Of a stretch of 64,000 nt of DNA, positions 60,139 through 64,000 are shown one piece after another (the stretch's first letter is position 1; each line of letters starts with the position of its first letter). The stretch is from the NCBI GenBank assembly GCA_963674865.2, contig CAXXYE010000001.1, forward strand, positions 288,001-352,000, in the 5' to 3' direction. The notes beneath the pieces were generated by a model. It worked only from the letters and a program-made list of their open reading frames with translations, was not told the DNA's origin and did no database searches. Made by a program: the position numbers and the translations under genes. This DNA comes from Candidatus Hydrogenedentota bacterium. Its GTDB lineage: Bacteria > Hydrogenedentota > Hydrogenedentia > Hydrogenedentales > SLHB01.

Positions 60139-60812
60139 TATGGAGTCGCCTCAAGCTCGAAGGATTCGCAGAAGCCGATGAAGCGGGCCTTCTCCGCCTT
60201 GACGGCCGCCTCCGGACCAACCATCTTGATGAACAGACACTGCGTCCCTAGCGGACAGAGCGTCGCCAATAGCATGGCCCCATCCTTCGGTGGCCCCATC
60301 ATGCCCGTATACGTTCCGGCGACTTCGACAAGCGGCGCCGCCCTGCCGAGCACCTCAATCTGCGGGAGATCTGCCGCCTTCTGTTCATCAAGCGGCCCGA
60401 GTGCCATTTGGCTTCGCCACCGGTTCACGTTGGCTGTTATGCCTCCAGCATCACCCGGCAGGAGCATCGCGTAACACGTGATTTCCTCCGCCGGGCCTGC
60501 GGTGAACGTCACCAGCCGTCCCGGGCGCGAAGTCGCCTCCTGCCATCCTTCCGGCGATTGCCAACGAAGCTGCCGAGACTCCGGTTCGTCTGGCCCGCCA
60601 TCGGCTACGTGTGGCCCTTTGCTCGCGGGAGCCGACGGCGGCGCCGGCGCATAGCGGAAACGTACGGCGCTCGTCATAGACAGGGCCGGTGTCCGGCCTG
60701 CGTCCATGACGGTACGCACGTCAATGATCTCCTTTGCCGCCAAAGACTGCCCACATCCGGTCGGCAGACTCAACGCCAAGGCCAATATCGCCCAAACTCG
60801 CATTACTCTCAT
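60138..60812 (-). CDS. Uncharacterised lipoprotein co-transcribed with resB-ccsA
   Basis: Lipobox LPTGC; W..PEGW, GG..ANVNRWR.Q, FIKM.GP; stop overlaps the resB start. Confidence 0.7.
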   Translation of the reverse strand: MRVMRVWAILALALSLPTGCGQSLAAKEIIDVRTVMDAGRTPALSMTSAVRFRYAPAPPSAPASKGPHVADGGPDEPESRQLRWQSPEGWQEATSRPGRLVTFTAGPAEEITCYAMLLPGDAGGITANVNRWRSQMALGPLDEQKAADLPQIEVLGRAAPLVEVAGTYTGMMGPPKDGAMLLATLCPLGTQCLFIKMVGPEAAVKAEKARFIGFCESFELEATP

Positions 60813-60913
60813 GCCTGTCACTAACACGCCCAATCAGGTTATCCAGTCCCCGGGGGGGGATGGTAATCTCCCCCCCGGACGGCATTCAAGGTATCCGTCT
60901 CATCTCGACATGG

Positions 60914-60942
60914 TTGAACGCATCCGCGCATGGCACTATTCT
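60914..60942 (+). promoter_or_regulatory. Putative sigma-70 promoter
   Basis: TTGAAC-17-TATTCT ahead of RBS AGGAGG and ATG 60966. Confidence 0.45.
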
Positions 60943-60965
60943 GCCTTGTGCAGGAGGACATTCCC

Positions 60966-62384
60966 ATGAGCGAGAAGGACATCCCCGTCAACGACATTAC
61001 TCGGAGGAGATTCATCATGAGCGCCAGCGCAACCGCCGCGGGCATGGCCGCAGGAGGCTGCGCGTCCGTCCCGGCTGATGACGCCGAATCCGCCGCCATC
61101 ACGTGGAGCCGAAGCGTCCCCGTGCGCTACGAGGCCGATGTAGCCGTCATCGGCGGCGGCATCGCCGGTGTCACCGCCGCATGGGCCTCCGCCAACGCCG
61201 GGGCGCGCGTGATCCTCGTCGAACGCTTCGCCGTCACGGGCGGCAATGCAACCACCGGCGGCGTCGCCTCCTTCTGCGGCGAAACCGCAGGCCAGGGCGC
61301 TGCCTTCGACGCCATTCTAGCCGCGCTCGGAGAATGGGATGCCATCGAGTCCTACGCGCCCTATCCAAAGAAGAGCAACCGCAAGTTCGATCACGAGATC
61401 CTCGCCGTTGTCCTCCAGGAACTCCTGCTCAAACAAGGCGTCAAACTCCTTCTTCACACCGACTTTGTCGATGTGCGCGTCAGCGACGCGGGCCAGATCA
61501 CCGAGTGCGTCGTGTGCGGCCCGTCCGGCCCCGAGGCGCTCCGCGCGAAGCAGTTTATCGACGCCACCGGCGAGGCCCTCGTGGCCCACGGAGCCGGATT
61601 CGATACCGTCAAAGGCCGGCCTGAAGACGGACTCCAGCTCCCCATGTCTCTCATGTACTTCATCCGTCACGTCGCCGAAGACGACGCCCGCGCCCAAGTC
61701 CCCGAAGGCTGGTTTGACGCTATCCGCAGCAAGGATGACCTCCCCATGACGAGCGTCTGGCCCGCCGGCCCGCGCGCCAATGCCATCAAGATCAAGATCC
61801 CCATGTTTGACGCCTCCGATACCGAATCCCTCACCGCCGCCGAGATCCGCGCCCGCCGGCGCATGATGGAGGTACTTGACTACCACCAGCGCGTCGAGCA
61901 GCGGCCCTGGCTGCTCGATCACTGCTCACCCCGCATCGGTATCCGCGAAGGACGCCGCATTATCGGCGACTATACGCTTACCGTGGATGACCTCCGGGCG
62001 GGACGCGAATTCGACGACGCCATTGCGCGCGGCGTCTTCTATCTCGACGGCCACAAACCGGATGACGACAAGCGCACCTACATCCTTCCCAAAGACGCGC
62101 TTGCCGTGCCCCCGTACCAGATCCCCTATCGCTGCCTCTTGCCCAAAGACGCCCGCAACCTCCTCGCCGCGGGCCGTTGCCTTTCCGCCGATCAGTTGGC
62201 CTTATCCTCCGCGCGCGTCATGAGCACCTGCGCCATGATGGGCCAGGCCGCCGGACTCGCCGCCGCCATGGCCGTCCAGGCCCAATGCGGCCCACGCGAC
62301 CTCGATCCCCTCGACGTCCGCCGCCGAACCCAATGCCAAGGCGCCCATCTAGACCTCACTCTGCCCACCCCGCCTGAGGCATAG
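60966..62384 (+). CDS. Tat-exported FAD-dependent oxidoreductase
   Basis: TRRRFI Tat motif; VIGGGIAG; GG..T.GG; IDATG; IREGRRI; YQIPYRCL; AGRC.S; RVM.TC..MGQAAG. Confidence 0.9.
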   Translation: MSEKDIPVNDITRRRFIMSASATAAGMAAGGCASVPADDAESAAITWSRSVPVRYEADVAVIGGGIAGVTAAWASANAGARVILVERFAVTGGNATTGGVASFCGETAGQGAAFDAILAALGEWDAIESYAPYPKKSNRKFDHEILAVVLQELLLKQGVKLLLHTDFVDVRVSDAGQITECVVCGPSGPEALRAKQFIDATGEALVAHGAGFDTVKGRPEDGLQLPMSLMYFIRHVAEDDARAQVPEGWFDAIRSKDDLPMTSVWPAGPRANAIKIKIPMFDASDTESLTAAEIRARRRMMEVLDYHQRVEQRPWLLDHCSPRIGIREGRRIIGDYTLTVDDLRAGREFDDAIARGVFYLDGHKPDDDKRTYILPKDALAVPPYQIPYRCLLPKDARNLLAAGRCLSADQLALSSARVMSTCAMMGQAAGLAAAMAVQAQCGPRDLDPLDVRRRTQCQGAHLDLTLPTPPEA

Positions 62385-62706
62385 GCGCTGTCTTTACGAT
62401 ACGAGGTGTTTTCACGAGGCACGGGGAAGCCGGGGCGCTCACGCCAAGCCGCGAGGACGCAAAGAGACCACGATGGCAGTAGTGAACCATCTTTCGCCTG
62501 AGCGGAGCGAACGGGGAGTAGTCTTCATTCCTGCCACGGATGAACTTAGATGAACACTGATGCGCAGGGGAAAAGGGGCTTTTCTGCGGTTTCTTGTGTT
62601 CATTGTGGCCATTACGAACATATGGTTCGTCGATTCTCTTGTTTGCTGGGCGTCTTGGCGTGAGATGCGTTCAACTGGGGATCTTCGATGCCTTTTCCCG
62701 TTCGGT

Positions 62707-62735
62707 TTGACATGGCTTTCGGCTGCTGGTAGAGT
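62707..62735 (+). promoter_or_regulatory. Sigma-70 promoter of the pyr operon
   Basis: TTGACA-17-TAGAGT with an extended TG. Confidence 0.7.
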
Positions 62736-62790
62736 ACGACTCACTACGTTGAAACGAGCGGAATACAATGAGCGAGTTATGCGCCGAATC

Positions 62791-62823
62791 GCCCTTCTCA
62801 TGTACGTGAGAGGGGCTTTTTTT
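62791..62823 (+). terminator. Leader intrinsic terminator (attenuator) upstream of pyrR
   Basis: Stem GCCCTTCTCA/TGAGAGGGGC followed by T7, 11 nt before the pyrR ATG and downstream of the promoter. Confidence 0.8.
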
Positions 62824-62834
62824 GAGGGATAATA

Positions 62835-63428
62835 ATGGCCGATTCGGATGCGCAAAGCCCCGAGCAGACGGTGATTATGGATGAGGACGCGGTAGGCGCC
62901 GCCATCCACCGGTTGGCTCAGGAGATCGCCGCGGATAACCCGGACATCGATTCAGTGGTTCTCCTGGGGATTCTGCGCCGAGGAAGGCCCCTGGCGGAGC
63001 GGATCGCCTTGGAAGTGAAGGCGATGTCGGGCACGCATCCTCGTGTCGGCTCGCTGGCCACGACGCTCTATCGCGACGATCTCCGCGCGGGCGTGCGGCC
63101 CGCCAAGGCGGGCGGGGGCGAGACGCATTTCGATTTCAACGTGGATGGCGTGACGGTGGTCCTCGTGGACGATGTGGTCTCCACGGGACGTACGGTGCGC
63201 GCGGCGCTCGATGAGGTCATGGACTACGGCCGGCCGAGGCGGATTCAACTGGCCTGCCTTATTGATCGAGGCCTGCGTGAGTTGCCCATTCAGGCGGACT
63301 ATCTGGGCTGGTCGCTGAGTACGGCTCCAGAGGATCACGTGGCTGTCAAGTTGCGCGAGACGGATGGCGAGGACTTGGTTGTCATCGAGCGTGTCGGACG
63401 GGAATCGGCGGAGAATGATGGGGGCTGA
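62835..63428 (+). CDS. pyrR: Pyrimidine regulatory protein / UPRTase
   Basis: RLA.EI, GI..RG..LA.R, TLYRDDL, LVDDV..TGRT.RAALD, DRG.RELPI.ADY.G. Confidence 0.95.
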   Translation: MADSDAQSPEQTVIMDEDAVGAAIHRLAQEIAADNPDIDSVVLLGILRRGRPLAERIALEVKAMSGTHPRVGSLATTLYRDDLRAGVRPAKAGGGETHFDFNVDGVTVVLVDDVVSTGRTVRAALDEVMDYGRPRRIQLACLIDRGLRELPIQADYLGWSLSTAPEDHVAVKLRETDGEDLVVIERVGRESAENDGG

Positions 63429-63434
63429 GAACTT

Positions 63435-64000
63435 ATGACGGAAACGGCGGGCACGGCCTGGACGCGTAAGGACCTCGTGGGACTGGAAGACCTGACGCGC
63501 GAGGAGATCGAATTGATCTTGGACACGGCCCCGCAATTTGTCGCCGTTTCCGCCCGCGAAAGCGGCATAAAGAAGGTGCCCCTGCTCCAAGGCCGCCTGG
63601 TGGTTAACCTCTTTTTCGAGCCGAGCACGCGGACGCGGCTCTCCTTCGAACTCGCCGCGAAGCGGCTCAGCGCCGATAGCATGAGCGTGTCCGCTTCCAC
63701 TTCGAGCGTCGTCAAAGGTGAGACCCTTCATGACACGCTCGATAATATCGAAGCTATGCACAGCGATATCGTGGTGATCCGCCACGGATACGCCGGTGCG
63801 GCCCGGATACTTGCCGAACGTCACAGTTCCCACATCATTAACGCCGGCGACGGGCGGCATGAGCATCCCACGCAGGCCTTGCTCGACGCATTCACCATGC
63901 GCGAATGGGTTCGCAACACGCGCCAAGAGCCGGAGGCCGGATTGGACGGGCTCCGGGTAGCCATCATCGGCGACATCACCCACAGCCGCGTCGCGCGCAG
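63435..64000 (+). CDS. pyrB: Aspartate carbamoyltransferase catalytic subunit (partial)
   Basis: Own translation from ATG 63435: [51 protein letters not shown]. Confidence 0.97.
   Translation, partial: MTETAGTAWTRKDLVGLEDLTREEIELILDTAPQFVAVSARESGIKKVPLLQGRLVVNLFFEPSTRTRLSFELAAKRLSADSMSVSASTSSVVKGETLHDTLDNIEAMHSDIVVIRHGYAGAARILAERHSSHIINAGDGRHEHPTQALLDAFTMREWVRNTRQEPEAGLDGLRVAIIGDITHSRVAR

Noticed and set aside
60931..60944. TGGCACTATTCTGC sigma-54-like site
   Set aside because: GG-GC spacing is 9, not 10; a sigma-70 reading fits better.
62952..63983. 343-aa minus-strand ORF
   Set aside because: Antisense to pyrR/pyrB, which have clear motifs.

Overview
GC-rich bacterial chromosomal window. 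A (GE)8 linker in a large surface protein and the general gene repertoire suggest Ca. Hydrogenedentota or a PVC-like lineage; this is inference only. In order, it contains: the start of an exopolysaccharide locus (wzc, wza, and a 1453-aa multidomain lipoprotein behind a near-consensus sigma-54 promoter); a divergent hisG; an RND efflux operon (adaptor plus two AcrB-like genes); a GT-C glycosyltransferase; tpiA-secG-murA-epimerase-hisD-hisC; an MNT/HEPN toxin-antitoxin pair; several carbohydrate enzymes; a frameshift-riddled GT2/LAB_N/ArnT-like lipid-glycosylation operon; comEC; system II cytochrome c biogenesis genes; and pyrR-pyrB with a leader terminator. The most unusual element is a five-gene operon at 34642-43346 (minus strand). 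It encodes a B12/radical-SAM-like protein without CxxxCxxC, a FabF-like ketosynthase with a C-H-Q triad, a 7TM-GAF-PAS histidine kinase, a REC-GAF-PAS kinase paralog with His->Gln, and a sigma-54 activator. This could be an undescribed lipid-signal or quorum-type signalling system. No rRNA, tRNA, CRISPR array or transposase was found.
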